From positions 360,001 to 392,000 of the forward strand of contig OY776328.1 of assembly GCA_963675515.1 (NCBI GenBank): a stretch of 32,000 nt of DNA, written 5' to 3'. The position numbers and the translations under genes were made by a program. The stretch comes from Coprobacillaceae bacterium (GTDB taxonomy: Bacteria; Bacillota_I; Bacilli_A; Erysipelotrichales; Coprobacillaceae). The first letter of the stretch is position 1; each line of letters opens with the position of its first letter. This document shows positions 17,657 to 27,600 of the stretch, in pieces. The notes under the pieces are model-generated. The model worked only from the letters and a program-made list of their open reading frames with translations. It was not told the DNA's origin and ran no database searches.

Positions 17657-18997
17657 ATGAGAAAGTTTTTTGGGGACAAGGAATTCTATCTGTCATTTCT
17701 GGCGATAGCTTTGCCGACGATGGCCCAGCAGTTCATCACTTCATTTGTATCGCTCATCGACAACATCATGATCGGGGGATTGGGTGAGGTGGCGTTGACG
17801 GCAGTCACTACTGCCAACAAGTTTTACGTATTGAACTTTTCACTGACATTCGGCCTGGCCGGAGGTGCCAGCATTTTCATATCCCAGTATTTTGGGGCTG
17901 GAAAACACAAGGAAGTCCAGGAAACCTTCGATATCGCATTTATGGCCGGTATTGTTGTCGGAGGGCTTTTTTCTTTGGCGCTGATATTGTTCCCAAAGGA
18001 GCTTTTGATGATTTTCACCGACAATCCGGTGATCATTGCCAGCGCGCTTGACTATCTGACATTCGCCAAGTTCACCTTCCTGCCGTTTGGTCTGTCACTG
18101 GCGATCTCGATGAGTTTGCGGTCGGTAAAGATTGTCAAACTGTCATTGAAAATCGGAACAGTTGCTGTGTTGACTAACACCGTGCTCAACTATCTGCTGA
18201 TATTCGGGAATTTCGGGTTCCCGGAAATGGGGGCCGCCGGAGCGGGATTGGCAACATTGGTTGCAAGAATAGGCGAATTCGGGTTATACTTATATTATCT
18301 CAACCGGCATGATAATTATCTCAAGGTCAGGATTCCCGGATTGTTCCATCTGAATTCAAGCATCATCAAGCGGATGGTTTATAAGGTTGTCCCGCTGACA
18401 TTGAATGAGATAATCTACTCGACTGGAACCACGGTCATCTTCATGGCGTATCTTCGGACTGACGAGATCCTCGTGGCCGGAATCAGCGTCATCGATACGG
18501 TTGGGAGCCTCCTTTTTGTGCTGTTTGCCGGGATTTCAAGTGCGGTGATGGTGCTTATTGGTAACGAGCTTGGAGCCAATGAATTGGAGCGGGCCAAGGA
18601 GAATTCATTGAAGCTTATAACTTTTTCAGTATTGATAGCCGGAGCCATCGGCCTGGTTATCTTCCTTATCGCTCCATACATATCATTGCTGTACAACCTG
18701 ACGCCGGAGACCAATAATTTCATCGAGACTTGTCTGAAATTCAAATCTCTGTGGGTGATTGCCAACGGTATCAGTGTCTGCGTCTTTTTCATCCTCAGGG
18801 CGGGCGGCGACACCCGGAATACCTTCTTGCTGGATTCGGGATTCATGATGATATCGATTGTCGTGGCTACCGCTCTTTCATTCACAGCCATCGAGCTGGT
18901 CACATTGTTTGTGATTGTCGAGAGCATCGAGTTCATCAAGGCCATGGGAGGTTTGTATTTCTACAACCGCGGGAAGTGGATTAATAATCTTACTTAG
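17657..18997 (+). CDS. MATE-family efflux transporter
   Basis: 446 aa with about 12 predicted TM segments. The N-terminus LAIALPTMAQQFITSFVSLIDNIMIGGLGEVALTAV is the characteristic MATE start. Confidence 0.9.
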   Translation: MRKFFGDKEFYLSFLAIALPTMAQQFITSFVSLIDNIMIGGLGEVALTAVTTANKFYVLNFSLTFGLAGGASIFISQYFGAGKHKEVQETFDIAFMAGIVVGGLFSLALILFPKELLMIFTDNPVIIASALDYLTFAKFTFLPFGLSLAISMSLRSVKIVKLSLKIGTVAVLTNTVLNYLLIFGNFGFPEMGAAGAGLATLVARIGEFGLYLYYLNRHDNYLKVRIPGLFHLNSSIIKRMVYKVVPLTLNEIIYSTGTTVIFMAYLRTDEILVAGISVIDTVGSLLFVLFAGISSAVMVLIGNELGANELERAKENSLKLITFSVLIAGAIGLVIFLIAPYISLLYNLTPETNNFIETCLKFKSLWVIANGISVCVFFILRAGGDTRNTFLLDSGFMMISIVVATALSFTAIELVTLFVIVESIEFIKAMGGLYFYNRGKWINNLT

Positions 18998-19006
18998 GAG
19001 ATAGTT

Positions 19007-20005
19007 ATGAATAAAAAACAGAATTACCTGATAAAAAGCCTTAACGGTCTGGCCTATGGTTTCTTTGCGAGTCTTATAGTCGGAACGATATTGAAGCAGG
19101 CTGGCACCTATATGAATCTGCCGATACTAAGTGAGTGGGGGAATGTCGCATCATATCTTATGGGTCCGGCCATCGGGGTGGGCATCGCCTTTACAATCGA
19201 AGCCAAAGGTCTGAATCTGATTGCTGCGACAATTGCCGGAGCCATCGGAGCCGGGACAATAAACGGCGGAACTCTGACAATCGGGAATCCGGTCGGGGCC
19301 TATATCGCCACAATCGCTGCCGTGGAAGCGGTCAGGCTGATCCAGGGCAAGACCCCGGTTGATATTCTGCTTGTCCCACTGGGCGCCATTGCGACTTCAG
19401 GAATCGTGACAATGTTTGTTGCTCCGTATGTCGCCACTTTCGTCAACTGGATTGGGACGCTGATCAATAACGGTACCACTATGCAACCGCTGGTAATGTC
19501 GATTACAGTTGCAGTCCTGATGGGCATGGCTTTGACGGCGCCTATTTCTTCTGCTGCCATCGGAATCATGCTGGGTCTGGAAGGGATTGCCGCCGGAGCG
19601 GCTTTGATTGGATGTTGCGCCCAGATGATTGGCTTTGCGGTTATGTCTTATGAAGACAATGATATCGGTGATGTCATCGCAATCGGGGTTGGAACGAGCA
19701 TGCTGCAATTCAAAAATATCGTCAAGCATCCTTTGATCTGGCTGCCACCGATCATAACCAGTGCGATTCTCGCGCCAGTTGGAATCATGCTTTTCAACAT
19801 CCAGACATCGCCGATCGGTTCGGGGATGGGAACTGCCGGACTGGTCGGACCGCTTAGTGCGATTAATGTCATGGGAAATGGACAGGCCGGCACCATTGTA
19901 GTGTTCACTATGATCCTGCCGCTTATTGTCAATTTGATAATCTACAAAGGATTCCGCAAGGCCAATTGGATCAAAAAGGGAGATTTGAAACTGGATCGCT
20001 TATAG
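19007..20005 (+). CDS. Polytopic membrane protein, PTS EIIC_2-like family
   Basis: 332 aa, Gly/Ala-rich, multi-TM. The start MNKKQNYLIKSLNGLAYGFFASLIVGTILKQAG resembles proteins annotated as PTS_EIIC_2, as far as I recall. It begins 9 nt after the MATE stop. Confidence 0.65.
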   Translation: MNKKQNYLIKSLNGLAYGFFASLIVGTILKQAGTYMNLPILSEWGNVASYLMGPAIGVGIAFTIEAKGLNLIAATIAGAIGAGTINGGTLTIGNPVGAYIATIAAVEAVRLIQGKTPVDILLVPLGAIATSGIVTMFVAPYVATFVNWIGTLINNGTTMQPLVMSITVAVLMGMALTAPISSAAIGIMLGLEGIAAGAALIGCCAQMIGFAVMSYEDNDIGDVIAIGVGTSMLQFKNIVKHPLIWLPPIITSAILAPVGIMLFNIQTSPIGSGMGTAGLVGPLSAINVMGNGQAGTIVVFTMILPLIVNLIIYKGFRKANWIKKGDLKLDRL

Positions 20006-20014
20006 GGGGCTCAT

Positions 20015-20857
20015 ATGGAAAAGCTAGCTGAGGTATATCGCAAATTCAACAGTGAAGAGGGGACGATGCATCGATACTCTTTGTCTTTCAGTATTTTTCT
20101 TGCCATCTTTCCGACAATCATTTCAATGATAATAATATTCAGCCTGACCTATACGAGTGTGGCCAATTATCTGGAGATACTCTATCGGATCCTGCCTGAG
20201 GATCTGATCAATCCCCTGGTCAATTACGTCCGGAACAACAATTACGGTTCTGGTTTTCCGCTGCTGCTGACAATAATTCTCACATCAAATCTGGCTTGCG
20301 GCAGCCTGTATTCGTTCATGATCATATCCAAGGCTTATGAGAGATTCGAATGCCCCAATATCCTTATCAGGGTCAAGGCGTTCATGATGTACCTGCTGAT
20401 GCTTGCCATTCTCAATGTGGTCACGCTGGTCAACCTGTACAACTATATTCCCACCTCGATATTCAATGTCGCGGTAGCGCTAGGGTCCTTCTATATCCTG
20501 TTCCGGTCTTTCTCTTTTAAAAAACAGCCATGGTATTACGGATTGCCAGGAGCGGTTATCACAAGTGCCATCATAATGGCGATATTGGAACTGCTGTTCA
20601 CGTACACCAATTACGTTACCAATTATCAAAACCTCTATGGCCCGCTGTCGTCCATCCTGCTCGGGATGCTTTCGGTATACTATATCGCATCGGCAATCTA
20701 CGCAGGTTATCTTATCAATACGATATTTGCGGACAATGGCAAAGATCCCCGGTACAAGATGATATGGTATTATAGTTTTGGCAACTATATATTTGGAAGT
20801 ATCGGCTCGCTGCTGGAATTGGTAAAAAGCAAGATTTCAAACAGATTATTCAAGTAA
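20015..20857 (+). CDS. YihY/BrkB-family-like integral membrane protein
   Basis: 280 aa with about 6 TM segments. The N-terminal HRYSLSFSIFLAIFPTIISM resembles the YihY signature. It begins 9 nt after the preceding stop and has an AGGGGG RBS. Confidence 0.5.
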   Translation: MEKLAEVYRKFNSEEGTMHRYSLSFSIFLAIFPTIISMIIIFSLTYTSVANYLEILYRILPEDLINPLVNYVRNNNYGSGFPLLLTIILTSNLACGSLYSFMIISKAYERFECPNILIRVKAFMMYLLMLAILNVVTLVNLYNYIPTSIFNVAVALGSFYILFRSFSFKKQPWYYGLPGAVITSAIIMAILELLFTYTNYVTNYQNLYGPLSSILLGMLSVYYIASAIYAGYLINTIFADNGKDPRYKMIWYYSFGNYIFGSIGSLLELVKSKISNRLFK

Positions 20858-20890
20858 AGTCATCCATTGATTCATTTCAATTTATTCAAG

Positions 20891-20922
20891 CCGGATCTAT
20901 CATCAGATGGATCCGGTTTTTT
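20891..20922 (+). terminator. Rho-independent terminator after the membrane-protein operon
   Basis: An 11-bp stem, CCGGATCTATC / GATGGATCCGG, with loop atca, followed by T6. Confidence 0.8.
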
Positions 20923-20952
20923 ATTTTGAATTAATGGCTGAAATCATGCAAT

Positions 20953-20981
20953 TTGACTTGAATACAACTTTATGTTAGGAT
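20953..20981 (+). promoter_or_regulatory. Candidate sigma-A promoter for opuA
   Basis: TTGACT (20953-20958), 17-nt spacer, TG-extended TAGGAT (20976-20981). Confidence 0.6.
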
Positions 20982-20991
20982 AAAGTTGTAT
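20962..20991. promoter_or_regulatory. Perfect 12-6-12 palindrome ATACAACTTTAT-gttagg-ATAAAGTTGTAT overlapping the opuA promoter (candidate repressor operator)
   Basis: The arms at 20962-20973 and 20980-20991 are exact reverse complements. The element covers the spacer, the -10 box and the predicted transcription start. Confidence 0.55.
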
Positions 20992-21011
20992 ATTAATGAA
21001 GGAGTGATTAT

Positions 21012-22226
21012 TTGACAGATACAAGTATAACCAAAATTGAAGTAAAAAACCTGTTCAAGGTTTTTGGCAAACAACAATCAAAAGCCTTGGAGCTGCGAAT
21101 TGCAGGCAAAAGCAAGGCTGAGGTGTTGAAGCAAACAGGTAGCACGATTGGAATCGACGATGTGAGTTTCACTGTGCATCAAGGAGAAATGTTCGTATTG
21201 ATGGGGCTTTCCGGATCCGGAAAGTCGACAATACTAAGATGTTTGAATCGTCTTTTAAAGCCGACATCAGGTTCCGTTGTGGTCGATGGAGTAGATATTA
21301 CCAAGTTGGACAATAAGGAATTGCGGGAATTCCGCCAGAAACATATGGCGATGGTCTTCCAGCAGTTCGCCCTGTTGCCACATCGTACCGTGCTCGACAA
21401 TACCTTGTTCGGATTGGAAGTCCAGGGTAAAAACAAGGATGAAAGCAAGGAACATGCCAAAAAGGCATTGGAACAGGTCGGACTCAAGGGCTGGGAAAAC
21501 AAATACCCCCATCAACTGTCTGGTGGAATGAAACAACGGGTCGGTTTGGCCCGGGCGCTTTGTTCGAACACTGACATCCTGCTGATGGATGAGGCCTTCA
21601 GTGCCCTCGATCCGCTGATCAGAGAAGAGATGCAGGATTTGTTGCTGGAATTGCTGGCCGACAGCGACAAGACAGTTATCTTCATAACCCATGATCTCAA
21701 TGAAGCGTTGAAAATTGGGGACAGGGTTGCCTTCTTGAAGGACGGGGCGCTTATCCAGGTTGGGACACCGGACGATATTATCGAACATCCGGCGGATGAT
21801 TACATCCGCAAGTTCATCCAAGGCGTCGACCTGACAAGAGTCCTGAGTGCCAAGGATGTCATGAAGAAATCGAATGCCCATGTCCGGATGACCAGCGGTC
21901 CGGCTGTTGCACTGGAAACAATGAAGAAACATGGGATTTCAAGTGTCTTCGTTGTTGACAAGAAAATGAAATATAAGGGACTGCTAAGCGTCGAACAGGC
22001 AATCAAGCTGCGCGATCAGAAGGTTGCTACTCTTGAGAACGTCCAGTTCGAACAAAGCCCTGTGGTCGACCAAAATACTCCGATCAATGAATTGCTGGGT
22101 CTGTTTGCATCCAGTTCGTTGCCGGTTGCTGTTGTTAACGAAGATGAACGCCTTTTAGGGGTCATAGTCCGGAGCAGTGTCCTGGCAGCTCTTGATCAAA
22201 ATGAAGGAGGTAATGATAATGTATAA
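21012..22226 (+). CDS. opuAA: Glycine betaine/proline ABC transporter ATP-binding subunit with a C-terminal tandem CBS module
   Basis: 404 aa. Walker A is GLSGSGKST, the signature motif LSGGMKQRV, Walker B ILLMDEAFSALD. A CBS-pair tail follows. Start is TTG, with AAGGAG 6 nt upstream. Confidence 0.93.
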   Translation: MTDTSITKIEVKNLFKVFGKQQSKALELRIAGKSKAEVLKQTGSTIGIDDVSFTVHQGEMFVLMGLSGSGKSTILRCLNRLLKPTSGSVVVDGVDITKLDNKELREFRQKHMAMVFQQFALLPHRTVLDNTLFGLEVQGKNKDESKEHAKKALEQVGLKGWENKYPHQLSGGMKQRVGLARALCSNTDILLMDEAFSALDPLIREEMQDLLLELLADSDKTVIFITHDLNEALKIGDRVAFLKDGALIQVGTPDDIIEHPADDYIRKFIQGVDLTRVLSAKDVMKKSNAHVRMTSGPAVALETMKKHGISSVFVVDKKMKYKGLLSVEQAIKLRDQKVATLENVQFEQSPVVDQNTPINELLGLFASSSLPVAVVNEDERLLGVIVRSSVLAALDQNEGGNDNV

Positions 22227-23058
22227 GTTGCCTATAGCTGATACAGTCGACGGATTTGTTTCCTGGATGGAGAAAGCCTGGGGGCCGGCGCTGGATGAAT
22301 TCGCCGATTTGTTCGGAGACCTGATTGAGCTGGTCACGGACGGATTGAATTTTGTCCCATGGTGGGTCATCGTCCTTATTGTCGCCGTGGCGGCATATAA
22401 GACAAACGGATGGAGGTTTCTGGTCGGTTCGACTCTTGGATTGGTTCTGATCTGGAATTTGGAACTGTGGCCTGCTTTTATCGCAACTCTGGTACTGGTT
22501 CTGTTTTCATCGGCTATTTCCATGATAATCGGGTTCCCGCTGGGGATACTCTCAGGCAAAAGTGACAAATTCCATACGGTCATAATGCCTGTTCTGGATT
22601 TCATGCAGACGATGCCTTCATTTGTCTATCTGATTCCGGCATTATTGATGTTTGGGATCGGGCAGGTTCCGGCGATTTTTGCAACGGTAATATTCTCAAT
22701 GCCGCCGATCATCAAGCTTACTGATCTGGGTATTCGTCAGGTGCCAACCGACTTGATCGAAGTAGGTGAGTCATTTGGCTGCACACCAATCCAGCTACTC
22801 TTAAAAATACAGCTGCCTGTGGCGATTCCGACAATCATGACTGGTGTCAATCAGACGATGATGCTGGCATTGTCGATGGTCGTTGTCTCGGCGATGATCG
22901 GAGCAGGTGGACTAGGTGCCGGGGTATTGCAGGCTATTTCCCAGCTTAGAAACGGAATGGGCTTTGAGTACGGGATAGCTGTAGTTATCATGGCCATCAT
23001 TTTGGACCGCATTCTTCAAGGTGTCGGCAAAAAAATGCAAGTGGAAGAAAAACAATAA
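22219..23058 (+). CDS. opuAB: Glycine betaine ABC transporter permease
   Basis: The sequence MYKLPIADTVDGFVSWM is typical of OpuAB/ProW, and a BPD-type permease core follows. ATG 22219 has GGAGG upstream and overlaps opuAA by 8 nt. The extension in the ORF track to 22177 lies inside opuAA. Confidence 0.92.
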   Translation: MYKLPIADTVDGFVSWMEKAWGPALDEFADLFGDLIELVTDGLNFVPWWVIVLIVAVAAYKTNGWRFLVGSTLGLVLIWNLELWPAFIATLVLVLFSSAISMIIGFPLGILSGKSDKFHTVIMPVLDFMQTMPSFVYLIPALLMFGIGQVPAIFATVIFSMPPIIKLTDLGIRQVPTDLIEVGESFGCTPIQLLLKIQLPVAIPTIMTGVNQTMMLALSMVVVSAMIGAGGLGAGVLQAISQLRNGMGFEYGIAVVIMAIILDRILQGVGKKMQVEEKQ

Positions 23059-23072
23059 CGAGGAGGAATTCA

Positions 23073-23948
23073 ATGTTTACAAATAAGACAAAAAAAGCTA
23101 CTACTATGATTTGCGCGGCTGCGCTGATGGCTGCGGGATTAAGCGGGTGTTCGAACACAGGTTCGACAGCCAATGGTGAAACTATAACGATAGGATACGT
23201 CAGCTGGGCTGAGTGTGTCGCGGTCAGCAATATCTGGGAAAATGTGCTGGAAGAACAGGGATACGATGTCGAGTTGACTCAGCTTGATGTCGCTCCGCTT
23301 TTCGTAGGTATGTCTCAGGGCAGCGTTGACATCTTTTTGGATTCATGGCTGCCGACAACTCATTCGAACTATTGGGAAGAATACCAGGATGTGTTGTACG
23401 ACGCCGGGGTATGGTATGAAGAGCCGGCCAAACTGGGGATTGTTGTTCCTCAATACGTGACTATCGATTCGCTCGAGGAGTTTGACAGCGTGTCGGAAAA
23501 ATTTGACAACCAGATAATCGGGATTGAACCGGGTGCATCAATGATGAAAACCACGGAACAATTGATCGAGGCTTACGGTATGGATGATACGACACTTGTT
23601 CAAGGAAGCGAGGCGGCAATGCTTGCGGCATTGTCCAAAGCCTATGAAAAAAATGAGTGGATCGCCGTTACCGGATGGTCGCCACACTGGATGTTCGCAT
23701 CATATGATCTGAAATACTTGGAAGATCCAAAAGCAAGCTATGGGGAAGAGGAACAGCTTCATACGCTTATGAACGGTGAATTTGCGGATGCGAATCCGGA
23801 GATTACCGCGATGTTGGAAAACTTCAGCATGGGCGATGATGAAATCGGAAGTATTGAAAAACTGATCAATGACGGCATGGATCCAAGCGATGCCGCAAAA
23901 CAATGGATTGAAGACAACCGCGAACTGGTTGATTCTTGGATCGGCTAA
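23073..23948 (+). CDS. opuAC: Glycine betaine-binding lipoprotein
   Basis: 291 aa. The signal peptide carries the lipobox LSGC. The substrate-binding fold shows ITIGYVSWAEC...LDSWLP. RBS is AGGAGG. Confidence 0.9.
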   Translation: MFTNKTKKATTMICAAALMAAGLSGCSNTGSTANGETITIGYVSWAECVAVSNIWENVLEEQGYDVELTQLDVAPLFVGMSQGSVDIFLDSWLPTTHSNYWEEYQDVLYDAGVWYEEPAKLGIVVPQYVTIDSLEEFDSVSEKFDNQIIGIEPGASMMKTTEQLIEAYGMDDTTLVQGSEAAMLAALSKAYEKNEWIAVTGWSPHWMFASYDLKYLEDPKASYGEEEQLHTLMNGEFADANPEITAMLENFSMGDDEIGSIEKLINDGMDPSDAAKQWIEDNRELVDSWIG

Positions 23949-23954
23949 TATAAT

Positions 23955-23986
23955 AAAAAATGCAGACTGAGAGGTCTGCATTTTCA
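23955..23986. terminator. Bidirectional terminator shared by opuAC and the convergent busR-like gene
   Basis: Stem AAAATGCAGAC, loop tgagag, stem GTCTGCATTTT. An A-run sits on the left and a T-run on the right. It overlaps the stop codon of the minus-strand gene. Confidence 0.75.
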
Positions 23987-24607
23987 TTTGTCGTAGAAAA
24001 ACATTTTTACCTTCGGTGGCGTGTCGACCTTGCCAAAGTAGTATATCGTGTCATCAATCCGCAACGGTTCATAGGGACCGGGAGATATGATTAGGTTGCC
24101 TTCGCGGCGGATGGCTGCTATGGTTGCCTGGGTGTATTCCCATAATGGCAGCTCTCCGATTGTCTTGTCGAGATAGTTGGCATGGGGCTCCAATACTATC
24201 TGGTATGGGATAAACGGGTTTTCGGAACGCAGATTTTCGGTCCGTTCAATTAGTTCTCCCATCTTTTCATTGAAAAAATCAAGTTCCTTTTTCTGGCGGG
24301 CCACACTCAGGGCCATTTCCTTTTTAAGGTCCACCAGGGTCGATATGCTTTGGTTTTGCTCAACGTACTTAAGGGCCTTTTCGGTTGAAAGAATGGTTAT
24401 TCCGGCACCTTTTTTGGTTGATACTATCCCCAGGTCAACCAGGATGTGGATAGCACGCCGGGCAGTTTCGCTCGAAACTGCATAACGGCCGGCAAGTGAT
24501 GAGCTGGCATAGATTTTATCGCCTTCATTAAGCTCGCCGTTGGCGATTTTTGAAGCGATATCAAGAGCGATTTTATGATAACGTGGCGTTTCGATTCTTT
24601 TGGCCAT
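23984..24607 (-). CDS. busR: GntR-type wHTH + coiled-coil + RCK_C (TrkA_C) regulator, BusR-like
   Basis: 207 aa. The N-terminal GntR wHTH reads YHKIALDIASKI...LAGRYAVSSETARRAIHILVDLGIV. A central heptad-rich helix follows, then a C-terminal TrkA_C-like LEPHANYLDKTIGELPL...IAAIRREGNLIISPGPYEPLRIDDTIYYFG. RBS is AGGAGG. The symbol rests on shared architecture only. Confidence 0.7.
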   Translation of the reverse strand: MAKRIETPRYHKIALDIASKIANGELNEGDKIYASSSLAGRYAVSSETARRAIHILVDLGIVSTKKGAGITILSTEKALKYVEQNQSISTLVDLKKEMALSVARQKKELDFFNEKMGELIERTENLRSENPFIPYQIVLEPHANYLDKTIGELPLWEYTQATIAAIRREGNLIISPGPYEPLRIDDTIYYFGKVDTPPKVKMFFYDK

Positions 24608-24625
24608 ATTGTCCTCCTGTCATTG

Positions 24626-27600
24626 TCAATCGATTTTGAATAGGTCTGCGATTTCCTGTTGGTTCATTGTTGTGATAGTGCCTTCGTTGTTTTCGACAAA
24701 CACCTGGGCCAGGTCGTTTTTTTGTTTCTGCAGGGTTTGGATCTTTTCTTCGATTGAATCCTTCATTATCAGTTTGTATACCTGGACTTTGTTTTTCTGG
24801 CCGATGCGATATGCCCGGTCGGTTGCCTGGTTCTGGGCTGAGAGGTTCCACCACGGGTCAAAATGGATGACGCTTGAGGCGGAGGTGAGATTCAATCCGG
24901 TTCCTCCGGCCTTCAAAGAAATAAGGAAAACTGTCGTTTCATCGACCTGGAAGTTGTTGACAAGCTGATGCCGCTTTGACTTGGATGTCTCTCCAGTCAG
25001 TTTGTAGTATGAGATGTTGCGCTCTTTTAGCTGCTGCTCCACCAGAGACAATACCGACGTGAATGAAGAGAACAGGAGAACCTTTTCATTTTCCTGTTGG
25101 ATGTTGTCGATAAGGTTCATGCAGACCTCGAGCTTGCTTGAAGGATCGGTGAAGTCCTTGTAGACCAGCCGCGGGTCGCAGCAGATCTGGCGCAGCTTGG
25201 TCATCATTGCGAGAACCTTGACTTTGTTGAAAATGTCGCTATCCATCATGGCCCTTAGTTCGTTGTTGACCTGAACAAGGTTTGCAAGATAGATTTTCTT
25301 TTCCTCGTCATTGAAGCGGATATGGATGTCGTTCTCGGTCTTTTCTGGAAGTTCCTTGAGCACCTGGCTCTTGGTCCGGCGCAGGATGAATGGTTCGACC
25401 ATCCGCTGCAGCCGTTTCGTTATTTCCTGGTCGTTGTTTTTGACGATCGGGGTTTCGAAGTTCCGTTTGAAGTAAGTGTAGTTGAAAAGGTATTCGGGCA
25501 TCAAAAAATCAAACAACGACCACAACTCGGCCAATGAGTTCTCGATAGGAGTTCCGGTCAGGGCGAGGCGATGTTCACCCTGGATTTTCTTGACCTCCTG
25601 GGCATTCTTGGTTTTTTGGTTCTTGATGTATTGGGCCTCGTCCAGGATTACATAATCGAATGAGACATCCTTGTAGTAATCGCTGTCGCGGCGGATATAA
25701 TCGTAAGATGTCAACACGACATCGTAGTCACTGACTTTTTGAATGTCTTCCTGCCGGGCTTTGGCTGTGCCTTGGATGCATATCACCTTCAGGTTGTCGG
25801 TGAACTTTTCGATCTCATCTTTCCAGTTGAGAATCAAAGTCGCCGGGGTGATTACGATGCTTGTCTTCCCTTGGCCTTTGTTTGCCTCGAGTAAGGCGAT
25901 AACCTGGAGTGTTTTACCGAGCCCCATGTCATCGCAAAGTATCCCGTTGAAGCCATAGTGTTCCAGAGTCTTGAGCCAGCGGAAACCGTCTTTCTGGTAA
26001 TTTCTAAGGATTGGCTGGAACTTTTCAGGAGCCTTGAACTTGGCAGGGTCGACGTCCTTGATGCCGGTGACAAGATCGGTGAATGCCTCGTTGCGGGATT
26101 TTACCGCCAGTTTGGATTCGTCCATCAGGCTGTTTAGGTACAACGCCCGGGTCTTGTCGACCGTGATCGTGTTGTCGTGGATGTTCTTTAGATCGACATT
26201 CAAGTCTTCCATCAGGTCGTTGACTGCCTGGATGCTTTGGTCATCCAAGGTTACCACGTTGCCGTTATTGAGGCGGTGGAAGGTCCTGTTGGCTCGGTAA
26301 GCCTTGAGAATGTCGATGATTTCGTCCCGGTCGATATCGAGGTTGTCAAAGTTGATTTCGAGAAGATTGTTTTCAAGTTTGACACCGACGCTAAGGGCCA
26401 GGCTCTTGTTTTTCTGGATGCTTTCGATGGCATCGGACACAAACACCTCGGAAAATTCCTTGAACCGCGGTAATTGTTTAAGGATGTAATCGGATGTCGC
26501 TGAATAGCTTTTGTCAAGGACGAAACAGTTGCGGGCCTCGTCGTAGTCGAAATCCTTATTCAACAGGTTCTGGGTAGAAGACACACCGATAGGCAGATTG
26601 TAGTCGGTAAGCATCGGGTTGGTTATCTCGTTCTCGTTTTCATCGATATATTTAAGATCGATCCGGAGATTGTTGTCGAAATCGATATCGGCATACACCT
26701 GAACATAGACGTCATCGGTCAGGTATTCGTCATAGTCATCGTCGATAAGGTCGACGTATGGTGAGATCCGGTCAATGATGTATTTCCCGAAATCCTTCTT
26801 GTTCTCGTTGAAGACGATGATATCTTCGTCAAGTATTGAATCGATAAAGCTTTTAAGGGCGTTCGATGCCATCAATGAGTAACGGTAGATCTTGTTTTCA
26901 ATCAGGTGGTATAGATGCTGGTGCCCGAAATAAATCCGGCCGGGCAAATCGGCCAGGGTGAATTTGTCATATTGGCCGTGATTTTCCTTCTTGATTTTGA
27001 TAACCTTTGGAGTCTTGTCGACGAATCTCAAATATGGGTTTTCCAGATTTTCGTAGGCGTGGTAGAAAAGATCGATATTGTTGTCATTGATCGAGATGTA
27101 CCGGGTGATCATGTCGTTGATGTTTGTGGCCTCGCGGATGAAATCGATCTGTTTTGTTGCCAGGGGAGTGAAATCGGTCTTTTCGTGGCTGGTTATCAGT
27201 TCCTTTCCGTATTTGATGCGGTTCTTCGTGTTGTAGTTTTCGATGAACTGCGGCAATGATTTGATCACGTACATACGTTTGCTTCCAATCTTGTAATCGA
27301 TTGAGATGTGCTGGTCATCGCTGATCTCGATGTTCGGTTGGATCGAGATGTTCTTGTCCAGCTTGGTTGTTGCATCCAGGATTTCCTCCTGATATGTGCT
27401 TATCAGCCGTAAGGATTGGCCCTTTTGCTCGATGATCTCCAATTCATTGAAAATCCGTTGCATGTTGAGCAGCCGGTCCTTGTAATTGTCGTTGGATACA
27501 TGGTGATAAGGCAATTTGGTTTCCTTGTCAAGTTCGCCGAACTCGACAAGCAGGGAGCCGATGTGGCTGCAGATGACATCTTCTGAACTGTATCGGTTGC

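Noticed and set aside
17560-17787. A 75-aa ORF overlapping tRNA-Ala and the MATE gene start.
   Set aside because: It begins inside a tRNA gene, crosses a terminator and has no RBS, so it is spurious.
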